64,000 bases of DNA. It comes from Mayamaea pseudoterrestris (lineage: Eukaryota). The notes beneath the pieces are model-generated. The model did not search any database, was not told where the DNA came from, and was given only the letters and a program-made list of their open reading frames with translations. Below, piece by piece: positions 1 to 11,756 of this stretch. A program made the translations under genes and the position numbers. Position 1 is the stretch's first letter; the number at the start of each line of letters is the position of its first letter. The stretch spans positions 1,054,001-1,118,000 of the forward strand of contig BROI01000002.1 in NCBI GenBank assembly GCA_027923505.1, given 5' to 3'.

Positions 1-574
1 CAGTATCAAGACCTGCTAAAGTCGGAACAGTACTTGGAGATGTAGCAGCCGTTGGAGTGCTTGGCATGGGTATATTCGTAGTCGGTGCTGCAAATGAAGA
101 AGTGAATGTTAGTCTCGCAAGTGTAATTTGCATCGGCAGTATGTGGTGGGCGGTGGCGTCGTAATGCTACGTACCGGAAGGGGTTGCAGCTGGAGCTGGA
201 GCGTGTATAGGTTCTTCACACTCCATAACATGCTTAGGTGCTTTAAGCGAATGCACTTTGTCCTTGCCAAGCGGTGGCTCTTTTGGCTCCTTGAGAGATT
301 TCGGTGTTGGCGGGCAACCCTTCAATCCTTTAGAGGCACCCTTGACTGTTTTGGATGCACCTTTTACGGATGTGACCGCTACTTTCTTAAAACTCCCAAG
401 GGGCATACTGAAACTCATCATGCTCATGCTCATGTCTTGTTGAAGGCTCCGCACAGCTTGCTCATCGATCATTGAGAGCATGGCGTTTGCGCGAGACGAA
501 GAAGATACTAGCAGCAGCACCGCTATGGTCAGGATAGACATCGATAGATGAGGCAACATTCGTATACGCGCCAT
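1..574 (-). CDS. Secreted Lys/Pro/Ser/Thr-rich protein, silaffin-like or cell-wall candidate (3' end lies outside the window)
   Basis: Hydrophobic signal peptide (ILTIAVLLLVSSSSRA), RSL (RXL) motif, KXXK motifs. The ORF stop at 167 lies in a predicted GTACGT..CAG intron 174-88 with a CTAAC branch site; the spliced frame continues APTTNIPMPSTPTAATSPSTVPT to the window edge. Confidence 0.7.
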
Positions 575-806
575 GATTACGAGCGAGTTGGTCGCAATAG
601 TATATGGTCCTTAAAAGGTGCCCCATGGCACCATGATCATCCGATCCCGTCGCACGACAAGGACGACGAAAAAGTGGCGACCAAAATTCTTCGCATCCAA
701 CGCTTAAAATGTGTACCGGTCGGACTTTCAAAGTCTGTACCGGTCAGACGCGTGACAGCATACATCATCGCATACATTTTCTGCCGTCACATTTTGTGTT
801 GTCGCC

Positions 807-2186
807 ATGGTAACTCATCAATCGCTGCAGCCTTTCAGCTTGTTCCAAGAGGCGAATAACGCCAGTCAGCTTGTCATGGAGAAATGCGCACGTTCAGTTT
901 TGCGCCAAGTCGTTCTGGAAAGTCTCGAGCAGCTCGTCAATCTCAACGAGCCGCAGCCGCAGCCGCAGGTAATTGTCACCCACGAACATTTATCCATCGT
1001 TCGACAACAATGTCGGAACCTAGCCGACGTATGGTGTAACAAGCTTCAAGAACGAGGACATTTTCAAGCAGCTGCGTCAGTGCGAGCAGTTGTGGAGCGA
1101 GAAGAAGACAATTTCTACTATGACGTCGACGACGATTTGATCCGACAACCGACAACAACCTCTGAAAAGCCAGCGATTGCCTCGCAAGAGCCATCAACAG
1201 TCACCGATGATATGCAAGTCCGATATCCAAGCAAAACTGCTCTTGCTCGTATACGTCAACTTACAAAGCAAGACATTATGAGACCCGAGCCGCAGGATAA
1301 AGATGCGCTGCTGGCTAGCGCTAATGAACAGCTCACACAGTATGGACAAGCGCAACAAACTGACTGGCCTTATTCGTGGAAACTCATTGAGCGCGCTGTC
1401 CAAAACATTCCTAATAGATTATACAATACGAAGCAAGGTACTCCAACAATCGAGCTGATCCCAAGGTCAATCTGGGAGAAGCAGCAGGAGCAGCTGCTGC
1501 TGGAAAGTGATCCTGATGTTATCGACAAGCCGGAGTACAATAACGAAACGAGACAACTCATTCTCCGACGACGACGAAGACGGCGCAGCACCAACACTCG
1601 CGACCAACATATTGCCAAGCGTTCAAGAGTTGCTTTACTCATTGTGGAAGAGACTCCACGCGTTGCATCGACGCAGCCAGCGCGAGTTCAATTATCGCTT
1701 AATTCGCATGATTTCGTCGATCATGACATTGATCAATACGTTCACGCAGAAGATGTATCTGCAACGGACCGTATCGACGCTTGCTTACTGGCACCTCTGC
1801 TGAGCATTGGCCATACACACTATACACGGCAAATGCTCGTTCATGCACCTTGTACAAGCACTTGGAGCAACCGGCAATGGAAACTTGCGCAGCGCAAGGC
1901 ACGCATGGAACGACTAGGTCCACATTCTGTGTGCAAAGATGCTGACGAATCCAGATCGAAAGTGAGACGGACCGTCGATGCGAATGGTGTGTTTTGGATG
2001 GATTTTGATTTGGGAAGAACCATGCTTGAACTGGGTCCTGCGGAAGATAAGCGATTGTATGTTTTCGAAAGTGTAGAAGCTATCTTGCTGGACGAAGAAC
2101 AGAATGATGCTTTGAACGATGCTGAGGCGGATGACGAGGACAGCGATGACGCTGGATATAATGACAATGACGAAAGCGGAAAATAA
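807..2186 (+). CDS. Hypothetical protein (459 aa) with poly-Arg basic patch and acidic C-terminus, possibly nuclear
   Basis: Long uninterrupted ATG-initiated ORF; LRRRRRRRS NLS-like run; D/E-rich tail; no family recognised. Confidence 0.75.
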   Translation: MVTHQSLQPFSLFQEANNASQLVMEKCARSVLRQVVLESLEQLVNLNEPQPQPQVIVTHEHLSIVRQQCRNLADVWCNKLQERGHFQAAASVRAVVEREEDNFYYDVDDDLIRQPTTTSEKPAIASQEPSTVTDDMQVRYPSKTALARIRQLTKQDIMRPEPQDKDALLASANEQLTQYGQAQQTDWPYSWKLIERAVQNIPNRLYNTKQGTPTIELIPRSIWEKQQEQLLLESDPDVIDKPEYNNETRQLILRRRRRRRSTNTRDQHIAKRSRVALLIVEETPRVASTQPARVQLSLNSHDFVDHDIDQYVHAEDVSATDRIDACLLAPLLSIGHTHYTRQMLVHAPCTSTWSNRQWKLAQRKARMERLGPHSVCKDADESRSKVRRTVDANGVFWMDFDLGRTMLELGPAEDKRLYVFESVEAILLDEEQNDALNDAEADDEDSDDAGYNDNDESGK

Positions 2187-2276
2187 ATGTAGTTGAAGTG
2201 CGAGCAAATTTTATACTTATTCATCCTGAAGCCAAATTGCGACCCTCTACGTGCAAAATCGATAGTTATACACATT

Positions 2277-4445
2277 TTACCGTCCAAATGACATTCGAAC
2301 TGCTGGAGCTGGTCGCTTCCTCGCTTCCTCTTGCAATTTAATCTCTAGCCCACGAATGGCTCTCGACACATTGACAAACATGCTGGTTTTCCCACGCTCC
2401 GTCTCGACTTTTCGACGTTTTGGTACCGGTGTTGCATTCTCTGCTCCATTCGATGAGTGCTGATCTCCTATGCCACCCTTATCCACATCTGTCACAAAGT
2501 AGCATGCTGGGTTGCGAAAGCTACCAAATTGTTTGAGCCAGTAGTCACACTTTCGTAGCAGCTCCAAGTACAAATCTCGTCTCATGCCATCAGTCAACGT
2601 ACGATTACCTCCTTCATACTTTGGTGTGTTCCACTCTCCGTAGATTAACGGAAGAACCACATTAATCCAGTCTCGAAGTGCAACGTGCGGTGGTACCGAC
2701 AGCGGATGCGACGCATGATACCCGACTTGCTCATACCGAAACCGAAATTCGAGTGGCAACCTCATCATTGGATTCGACTTTTTGTCGAGTTCAGACTCGT
2801 CAATGTTTTTAAACAGTTCGTGCTCCACTTTTGGCTCATCGACCAACTCCCACTGTGGTGTCGTCCTGTCCGTCCCAAGCAAAGATCGAAAATTGCGGCG
2901 GCGAAAATGAGGCGACTCGGCCGGCTTGTCGTCCCAGCGAATCGATGAAACTTCTGGCAGCCTATGAATGATAATGTCATTGTCAGCGAATCCTCGTAAG
3001 CACCGTTCGACCAAATCATAGTCGGGCATGTCGCCAAAGCCCAGGGTGGCCAAGTGCGCAAAAACTTCCCGCAGCAGTCCAATCCGCTTGGAATCCTTGT
3101 ACAAAGCGAGCGGCTCGGGCAATGTTATGGTCACCTTTTCTTCATTGAAACCAACTTTGGCTAGTTGCTGGTCTCGTTTGAATTTTGCAACATGATACTC
3201 GTCACCCATGAGCAATAGTTCCGTCTGATCCGGCTGTTGCCCACTTGCTGTTCCAAGCAATTCTGTTGCACTTGCGTTACTCAGTCCATGAACAAGTTCC
3301 TTGAGCTGCTGACAGGCCAATCTGTCCCTATGAGCGGCATGCGACATCCACGGTAAGCCTCCCGAAACCAAGTCGCAAAAGACATACATCAAACTCCAAA
3401 TGTCATCTCGAAACGAATAGTCTTGCAGTTGATGAACCCGTAACGACGCATACATTGAGGTTCCACGAAACTCGGCGCGATCGCGTGGTACGCGAACGCA
3501 AGCAGCTGCTGGAGACGACGGCGATGAAAGAGTGGCTTCAGAAAGATTTGCCGTCGCCGTCGTCGCCGATTCATCAGGATTCAACCAAGCTTGCCCATCA
3601 GGCCAAGGATGCGAATGATCGGCCAGTGGCGATTGCCTGTGAACGATAATGCTCTTGGAAAGACCAAAATCTACAAGACTAAACTCCTTGTCATGTTGGT
3701 TGCTTGTTTTGGAAATGGCGCGAACGACGTTGCTTGGTTTGACGTCACGATGCACCACGCCAACAGCGTGCACATTCTTTAGCAACGGTAAAAACACCGA
3801 TGCACAAAGGTAAACTGCATCTTCTATTGTCATACGTCTGGTAGTGAGATTGGATGGGAGTGCGTCCCGCAGTTGATGCATGTCGGATCCGGCCAAGTAT
3901 TCCATAAACAGAGCTGCGAATTGCTGGGGAGGCTGCTGTTCCTTTTGATGGAATGGTAGCTTGCTAGAAAAGTCAATGGATGATGGTGCTGCAGTAGATA
4001 AAGCAGACGCGTTGGATGTGGCCGTCGCCTTGTAGTAGCCATAGTACTTTGGAACCGTCCCTTTTGGGGTATTCTTGTGCAAGAAATCCAGTAGAATCGC
4101 TTCCTGATCCAATACACCGGATTGTTGAAAGGATTCCAACTCCACTTTTGCTGCCGCTACCGATAAATTCGACATGTGAATACTCTTGTGAATGCTGCTA
4201 AAGGTGCCTTTGCCTAGCTGGCCAAGGCAGAAAAAGGGACCCAGCGTGCTTCCAACCTGCGGAAACGACCCGCTGCAAGTGACAAGACTGGGACTTCCAT
4301 ACGCCAAGTTCTTGTGAGAATCACTGCGCTTCTTGTGACTTGATGAAGCATCATATTCTACGCCGCAGGACGATGCGCCCAAAGTAGGCTCAGCGGGTGT
4401 ACTTGCTGGTGGCTGAGCTGCTGCTCTTGCACTATTGGAACTCAT
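2277..4445 (-). CDS. Ser/Thr protein kinase, casein kinase 1 / tau-tubulin kinase-like
   Basis: LGKGTFSSI Gly-loop, VAAAKVE, HRDVKPSN, VDFGLSK, FRGTSMYAS, RDDIWSL, GGLPW and PDY motifs typical of the CK1 group. First ATG (MSSNSA) at 4445. Confidence 0.88.
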   Translation of the reverse strand: MSSNSARAAAQPPASTPAEPTLGASSCGVEYDASSSHKKRSDSHKNLAYGSPSLVTCSGSFPQVGSTLGPFFCLGQLGKGTFSSIHKSIHMSNLSVAAAKVELESFQQSGVLDQEAILLDFLHKNTPKGTVPKYYGYYKATATSNASALSTAAPSSIDFSSKLPFHQKEQQPPQQFAALFMEYLAGSDMHQLRDALPSNLTTRRMTIEDAVYLCASVFLPLLKNVHAVGVVHRDVKPSNVVRAISKTSNQHDKEFSLVDFGLSKSIIVHRQSPLADHSHPWPDGQAWLNPDESATTATANLSEATLSSPSSPAAACVRVPRDRAEFRGTSMYASLRVHQLQDYSFRDDIWSLMYVFCDLVSGGLPWMSHAAHRDRLACQQLKELVHGLSNASATELLGTASGQQPDQTELLLMGDEYHVAKFKRDQQLAKVGFNEEKVTITLPEPLALYKDSKRIGLLREVFAHLATLGFGDMPDYDLVERCLRGFADNDIIIHRLPEVSSIRWDDKPAESPHFRRRNFRSLLGTDRTTPQWELVDEPKVEHELFKNIDESELDKKSNPMMRLPLEFRFRYEQVGYHASHPLSVPPHVALRDWINVVLPLIYGEWNTPKYEGGNRTLTDGMRRDLYLELLRKCDYWLKQFGSFRNPACYFVTDVDKGGIGDQHSSNGAENATPVPKRRKVETERGKTSMFVNVSRAIRGLEIKLQEEARKRPAPAVRMSFGR

Positions 4446-4709
4446 AGCCACACAACCACTATATGCAAATGGCAAATTCAAAAAGAATGAGCGTACAACT
4501 ACTGTATAGCAGTAGTCTGTTCTTGACCACAAAATGAGGTCGACCGATTTGGCAGAACTTTTGGATGCTGGCAGGCATAAATTGGGTACCGGTACGACTT
4601 GTGGGAATCAGTCAAGCAGTCATGCTCGCCAAATAGTTTCAAAAAGTGAACGCGAAAAGCAACCATTTTGTAGCACTGCTACCATGCTGCTGGAGTATAG
4701 AAGTACTAC

Positions 4710-6311
4710 TCATTCTCTAGTTAAATGTGTTGGATGCACGAAGAAGAGCGCCGCCGTCAGGTAGGCTCCAGCTGGCCATGCAACCGGCGACTGCGTGTGA
4801 CAGGATGCCGCTCCCGACACACGCATCAGAGTCACTTGTCGACCTGCAGCTAAGGCAGCTCCATGAACCATGTCCAAAAAACATTGGCCGCCGTCCTTTT
4901 GCGTCATGGCTGCCGAGCATGTACACGTCAAGAGCAAACCACCATGCACTTGCGAGACGAGTTTGATCGCGTCGCGATTAATGCCATGATACTTTCGCCG
5001 GGCCTTTTCCAGCAACTTTTCGCTCGGCGCCAGTTTGGGAGGATCCAAGACAACCACATCAAAATTCTCGTCGCGTCGAAAGGCTGCTTGCATCCACTCT
5101 GTTATATCCGCGTGCACCAACGTAGTCTTGTCGATACAATCGTTCAAGTGAGCATTCTCTCGACAGACGGTAATGGCATCGGCACTAGAATCAACCAATG
5201 TTGCTTCTTTGGCTCCTCCATTCACAAGGGCATTGAGAGCAAATCCTCCGTGGTAACAGCAAAGATCCAAAACCCGCTTATCGTTGCATAGTTGCGCGAG
5301 GTTCCAACGATTCTCTCGCTGGTCGCAATATACTCCCGTCTTTTGTCCAACAGACGCAAACGGATGCGTTTGATACTTGATGCCATTCTCCATACATATA
5401 ACAGAACCATTCATAGCAAGTTTTTGCTCTGCTATATCCAAAGATCCCTCGCCATCGGCAGTGGTAATGTGTGAATCACCGTCATCGACTGGAGCATAGC
5501 CGTCCTGCAGCAGACGACTTGGCGTTGTCTTCCACACAATGGTGGGCGTTTGCTTTGATTTCGACGTTGCCAATACCTCCTCCAGCGCTCGCTCAATGGT
5601 TTCGCGATGCACTTGACACCATGCGGCCGAGCTCATGACCACAGCAACATTTGGACCAACAATGTCCACGGCCAAGCCAGACAAGCCATCTCCTTCACCA
5701 TGCACCAGTCGAAATGTATCGGTAGATGTAGCGCTGTCATTGTCGCCAAGCCCCAAGGCCAGTCGCTTGATCCGTGCCATGGCCAGGTGATGCTTCAAAA
5801 TAAGCGACAGCCCATCACTTGGCGATACCGACAAGACTTGCGCGTATAGCTGAGGCTGCATGTATCGATGGCATAAGATGCGAATCTTGTATAGTGACTC
5901 GGGATTATAGACGCCAAAGCCAATGCCATGTGGAGATTGATCCGGTTTGTCCGGCTCGACTAGGACATGCACAAGATCGGCAATTTTGATGCTGCTGGAG
6001 CCTTTTAGAGTGATTTGCTGCTTGATGGCACGAGTGAAAACCAGAGGATTTCCGTTTCGAAAGGCCTTGGATTGTTTGCTGCGCTTCAATATAATGGAAG
6101 GTTGATGGGGAGAGGATGGACTTGGATTGTTGACAGTAAACGATGCCAAAGAGGAGGAACCCGATTCACTGTCCGTCAATGTAGAGGCAGAGGCGAAGTA
6201 TCGCCATACTGGAAATCTTTTGGCAGCCCGACAGCTCTGAAAAGCAAGATTTGAATGCGCGATGACAAGTAGCATGCCGCTTACACTCAATGCTCGTCGC
6301 AAGGCTGTCAT
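4710..6311 (-). CDS. RlmI-like SAM-dependent rRNA m5C methyltransferase (PUA + MTase), probably organelle (plastid) targeted
   Basis: [54 protein letters not shown] and LLLTCTCS match RlmI/YccW. N-terminal hydrophobic stretch ends in NLA-FQ (ASAFAP-like). Confidence 0.88.
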   Translation of the reverse strand: MTALRRALSVSGMLLVIAHSNLAFQSCRAAKRFPVWRYFASASTLTDSESGSSSLASFTVNNPSPSSPHQPSIILKRSKQSKAFRNGNPLVFTRAIKQQITLKGSSSIKIADLVHVLVEPDKPDQSPHGIGFGVYNPESLYKIRILCHRYMQPQLYAQVLSVSPSDGLSLILKHHLAMARIKRLALGLGDNDSATSTDTFRLVHGEGDGLSGLAVDIVGPNVAVVMSSAAWCQVHRETIERALEEVLATSKSKQTPTIVWKTTPSRLLQDGYAPVDDGDSHITTADGEGSLDIAEQKLAMNGSVICMENGIKYQTHPFASVGQKTGVYCDQRENRWNLAQLCNDKRVLDLCCYHGGFALNALVNGGAKEATLVDSSADAITVCRENAHLNDCIDKTTLVHADITEWMQAAFRRDENFDVVVLDPPKLAPSEKLLEKARRKYHGINRDAIKLVSQVHGGLLLTCTCSAAMTQKDGGQCFLDMVHGAALAAGRQVTLMRVSGAASCHTQSPVAWPAGAYLTAALFFVHPTHLTRE

Positions 6312-6485
6312 GCTTGGTCAATTTGTTCCACCAAGTCGGGCTCATTTTTACATCCAATATCGATGGTTATCCTGGTGTAACGCTAGTTTCGGTAAGACAT
6401 CATGACGTTTTGAAGACTAGGCCACGTTGCGCGACGGCGCGGCATTTCGCTGCAAACCTTTGGCTTCCACGATCACCATCCGACA

Positions 6486-8123
6486 TGATGAACATTATTT
6501 TTGTCAAGAGCTTTAGTCCCTGGACTAAGCAGATTGTGGTTCAGTTAAACAGTAAAGGGTCAGCCAATTCCTTTTACAGAAATAGCAAGCTACGAACCAT
6601 GTCTTCCACTACAGCTGCAGATATTGCCGCCTCCCTTCCTTCTCGGGTTGAATCGGATTCCATGGGCCAGCTACAGGTTCCAGCTGCAACACTTTGGGGT
6701 GCTCAGACACAGAGATCTTTGGAAAATTTTCCGATTGGCGGCCCTGAATCACGCATGCCGCTAGCGATTATTAAATCCATGGCTGTCGTCAAAAAGTGCT
6801 GCGCCTTGTATCACGCGAAGGAAAACCTCATGGATCAATCCATTGCCGACGCGATTGCACAAGCAGCGGATGAAGTTGTGCAAGGCGAGTTGGATCGTCA
6901 TTTTCCACTCTGCGTCTTTCAGACTGGATCGGGTACACAAACGAACATGAACGTAAATGAAGTCTTGTCGAACCGAGCGATTCAAATCATGGGAGGCGAT
7001 GTCGGAAGCAAGGTGCCCGTCCATCCAAATGATCACGTTAACAAGGGACAATCAAGTAATGACTCCTTCCCGACTGCAATGCACATGGCGGCTGTCGAAC
7101 TCATTCTGTCCAAGACGCTTCCTGGCTTGCGCACACTCAAAGAGTCACTCGATGTAAAGGCAAAAGAGTTTGACGCTATTGTGAAAATTGGAAGGTGCGT
7201 CAAGACAGTATCGAGATGGGCTGAGTGGACGATAGAGCATTGAATGATTATTCTAACGGGAGTGTTCGTAACTCATGTACGACAGAACGCACTGGCAAGA
7301 TGCCACGCCGCTGACGCTTGGCCAAGAATTTTCTGGCTATGTTCAGCAAGTCGAATACGGCATGGCGCGCCTCGAATCAGCCTTACCCTCCTTGTATCGA
7401 CTCGCACTGGGCGGTACGGCTGTCGGGACAGGTCTCAACACCAAAGTGGGTTACGCCGAAGCGATTGCCGAGGCGATTGCCAAGGAGACTGGTCACGCTT
7501 TTGTTTCGGCCCCAAACAAGTTTGAAGCGCTAGCGGCGCATGACTCACTCGTTGAAGTATCAGGTCAATTGAATACGATTGCCTGCTCTCTTTTCAAAAT
7601 CGCGAACGACGTTCGCTTGCTCGGCAGTGGACCGCGGTGTGGTCTTGGCGAGTTGAGCTTACCAGCGAATGAACCTGGATCAAGTATTATGCCTGGAAAG
7701 GTCAACCCGACACAGTGCGAGTCGCTCACCATGGTTTGCGCCCAAGTTATGGGAAATCATGTTGCCATTTCATTTGGGGGCACGCAGGGGCACTTTGAAT
7801 TGAATGTCTACAAGCCCGTCATGGCGAGCAATTTGCTTCATTCATGTACCATTCTCGGAGATGCGGCGGCTTCGTTTGCGGAGCGTTGCGTGGATGGAAT
7901 TGAAGCCAACTCTGATCGAATTCATCAGTTGCTCCATGGGAGTCTCATGCTTGTGACGGCGCTCAATCCACACATTGGTTATGACAAGGCAAGTGAGATT
8001 GCCAAAAAGGCGCACAAGGAAGGTACGACATTAAAAGAGGCGGCCGTTGCCACTGGCTACTTGACGGCTGAACAATTTGATGATTGGATTGTACCGGAAC
8101 GTATGATTGGTCCGACCGAATAG
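6486..8123 (+). CDS. fumC: Fumarate hydratase, class II
   Basis: [67 protein letters not shown] signature. GT-AG intron 7195-7285 rejoins [12 protein letters not shown]. Start is uncertain (6486 with a presequence, or 6599). Confidence 0.95.
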
Positions 8124-8465
8124 ATGGTGCGATAGACAGTGCAGTGAAAGGTGGAGAGTTTGCAATGTGTTTGCAGGCAAGCTAATGCGGATCGAAAATG
8201 TTTAAAAACTACAGCACTGTATTTTTCATTGCCTGCTACATCTTACTGTATGCTGTCGCTTTAACAAGGACGACAGTACTTGCTAGACTTGATTTCGTAG
8301 CTATGCGCTTATTGGGGTATCCAGGATAGCTAAGGGGGCAGGAAAACGGACGGAGTTTCTTGGAAGATCGTTTCAAAACGTCACACATCCCTCATCCCTT
8401 TTGTTCCTCCAAGGAGCAGCGCGCGTCGCACAAAACGCCGTTCCTTGTGACAACCTTTCAATACC

Positions 8466-10079
8466 ATGATGATTCGATCTACTCTTCGTTCACCTCGTTT
8501 GCATGCGGCTGCTTTCAGTTCAAGGCTAGCCAGTACGGCCATGAGCTACGAGAGTAGTTTGGGCGATGTCGGCAAGGCCATGAAAAAGTCTGGAGTTTCG
8601 GAGGCAGCCGCTCGGTGTATCGTCCTCGAGGAGGAGTATGGATGTCACAACTATCATCCACTACCAGTCGTCTTACAAAGTGGAAAAGGAACCAAGGTTT
8701 GGGATGTTGATGGGAAGGAATATTTCGATTTCCTTTCAGCTTACTCGGCGGTGAATCAAGGGTACGTCCTGACATGCTTGGAGATTTGAAAATTCACTGC
8801 TCCTTGATGGATTCGCATTACGCTTGCTTCGTAAATGGCAAGCACCTCAAGGGCAGACGGGCTTGATATGAATGCCACGCAGGAAAAGGAATCATTTTCA
8901 TGTCACTCATCTTATTCCGACTTGTTTTCGCAGCCACTGCCACCCGAAGATTACGCAGGCCCTTGTCGACCAAGCACAAAAGATTACCCTTACGAGCCGA
9001 GCCTTTCATAATGACGCTCTTGGCGAGTACAGTCAATTCATAACAAACTATTTTGGCTACGACCGCGTGTTACCCATGAACACTGGCGTGGAAGGGGGAG
9101 AAACAGCCATTAAATTGGCTCGCCGCTGGGGATATTCAGTCAAAAACATTCCGAATAACAAGGCGCGCATATTGTTTGCGAATCAAAACTTTTGGGGACG
9201 AACCTTGGCTGCCATTTCAAGCAGTAACGACCCGACTGCCTTTCGAGGGTTCGGTCCATACATGCCGGGCTTTTCGCATGTTCCATTCGGTGACTTGGGG
9301 TCACTCGAAATGGAGTTTGAGAAAGATGTTCGTATTGATGCGAGACAGGTCTTCTGTATTAGCAAAGTTTATGTTCTCACCTGTACCTTATTCATGCACA
9401 GGCCGCTCACATTGCAGCGTTCATGGTGGAACCGATTCAGGGCGAAGCTGGAGTGGTTGTTCCTCACGACGGATACATGGCTGCTGTTAAAAAGCTCTGC
9501 GAGCAGCATAATGTGCTACTAATCGCCGACGAAGTACAAACAGGCATTGGGCGCACTGGCTATGAACTTGCTGTTGATCACGACGATTGCAAACCAGACT
9601 TGGTCGTTCTTGGAAAGGCGCTTTCGGGTGGTGTGTTGCCGGTTTCTTGTGTACTGGGTTCGGATGAAGTCATGCTTCAACTAAAGCCTGGCGAGCATGG
9701 ATCAACCTATGGAGGTAATCCGCTAGCCTGCAAGGTTGCACAAGCCGCACTGGAAGTTGTACGCGATGAAAACTTGTGCAAAAACTCGCTCGACCGTGGC
9801 GAGCAGCTTCGCAAGGGTTTGAAGAAGCTTATAGGGCATACCTGCATTGAAACTGTGCGCGGACGCGGTCTACTAAATGCCATTGTCATTGATCAGCCAC
9901 GAGGGTCTTACGGAGCGACTGGGATGGCGTGGGAATTGTGCTTGAAGATGATGAGGAATGGGCTTATCGCCAAGCCGACCCACGGCAATATTATTCGCTT
10001 CGCTCCACCACTGACAATCACAAAGAAGGAGATTGACGAGTGTTTGTCAATCATTGAAAAGAGCGCCAAGGAGATGTAA
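8466..10079 (+). CDS. OAT: Ornithine aminotransferase (PLP-dependent, class III), mitochondrial presequence
   Basis: [72 protein letters not shown]. Introns 8762-8933 and 9328-9401 restore the frame. Arg/Ser-rich N-terminus. Confidence 0.95.
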
Positions 10080-10345
10080 ATGATTATAAGTATATTACGT
10101 AGGCTTCGTAATGACAGTATATAATAGCTCTTGTTAATAACACTCGCCATTACAACAATGCTGTTCTCGCTTTAAGTGACAAGTTTACAGATCTCTTTCC
10201 AAACGCACCCATCTGCTACAGTATCTTGCAACAGCTTGTTCGAAATATGGCAGACCATGTTCGGATTTGTCATTACGACGGGGATCATAACGGCTTTCGA
10301 CACGTACACAAAAACGAGCATTCCACTCATATGGGTCCAATACAA

Positions 10346-11455
10346 CTATGAGCTCGACTGGTTCCTTCGTCGTCTCTTAATCGTCGCGTCGACCGCATTG
10401 GCAGCAGCATTACCGCCCGCGTCTCCGTTTGTCGAATCCGTAGCCGATTTGCGCTTGCCGCTGGCACTCCGAGAGGCCGCCTTTGCAGCAGCATCGTCCT
10501 CGTGATCATCATCATCCGCAACAACGATAACATCATCTATAGGTTGCGGAAGCGCTGCTGCAAGCTGTTGTATTTGTTGCTGTTGTACTTGTTGAACGTG
10601 TTGTTGTTGCGACGCCGCCGTGGCATCCGACGAAACTGAAACCAAACCGTTGCGCTGTCGAGCCGACTTGTGCACCCGAAAGCCAAACACGCGGGGCACG
10701 TAGCTGAGAAGAAGGAAGGACAGATTTTGCGTGAGATGTATCGTCGATTATTAGTCCAGAGTCAAGATCATTGTGAATACTTACGCAGACTCCGCAGGTA
10801 GTGGATCAGGCACCAAGTTGCTAAAGGTCATGAGAAACAAGTGCGGAAAGGTCGTTCCAAAGGCTGCTCCATCCACTCCCGACGCATTTCCACCCCTACT
10901 CCTTGTCGGCGGTGGATGGTATACTTGATTACACTTTGGACAAAAAATCTTGACAGTATCAGCTCCCATTTCATCCTTGAGACCGACGGGAAGAACAGGC
11001 TGCCCTCCGCACTGCACCAATGGACACGTCATAAAGTCCTTGTTTGCGTACTTATTGTACATGGCATCCAATCCGTGAGCCGTGATGATATATCTTGCAT
11101 GAATGAGACCGTATAATGTACATGCACTCTGCGTCAAGTGCGAATCATCGGAATCGTCCGGCCCAATCCGATCCAAAATCAGATCCATGCAGTCGGAAAA
11201 GTTGCTCACGCATGCGCGGAGACCATAGAGATTGAATCCGTCTTCAATGTATGAACGCTCTACTTCGCAAAACATTTCATGGCCCTTGAGTCCGCAGAAC
11301 CTGCCAATCGTAAGCGACGAAAGGCGATTTGAATGAGATGGTGTCGAGACGACGGGACGGGCGCACGCAAAGATTCATTTCTATTTTTTCATTGCTTACC
11401 ACTGGATCCAGGGCTCATCATGACCCGAAGCGGACGAGTCTTCGTTAAAGGACAT
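10346..11455 (-). CDS. CKB: Casein kinase II regulatory (beta) subunit with Gln-rich/acidic C-terminal extension
   Basis: [42 protein letters not shown], zinc finger CPLVQC...CPKC, DGAAFGTTFPHLF, YVPRVFGFRVH. Introns 11399-11301 and 10784-10704. Confidence 0.95.
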
Positions 11456-11756
11456 GCCGCAGTGATGGTAATTGTTGAACGTGGATACACTGCTTTGATA
11501 ACAATGGTCGACAGCAGCAGGAGGCAGCAGTAGCAGCAACAAAAGAGTTCGTTTCGATGCGTGCTTGGTGTGCGGCGGTCAGCTTACGGGAATGATGAGT
11601 CATGAATTCTGCGTCTCATGAAACTGGTGGTTGTCAACCTTCCAATCCGTGTCGCAGTGACGAGGAAGATACCTCACGAGTCGTGCGAAATCATCTCTTG
11701 CGACGAGGCATGGACCATCACCATCATTTATATTCTCTTGCGTTGCTCCTTGTAGC

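Noticed and set aside
8820..8850. GCTTGC..GCAAGC hairpin in the long first OAT intron as an snRNA or snoRNA
   Set aside because: Only a 6-bp stem; no U6 ACAGAGA box and no convincing C/D or H/ACA box arrangement.
6290..10079. Split ORFs of fumarase and OAT as frameshifts or pseudogenes
   Set aside because: Canonical GT-AG introns restore the conserved motifs exactly. The same applies to CK2 beta, DNPEP, ACAD, MAP1, the carrier and the LOV gene.
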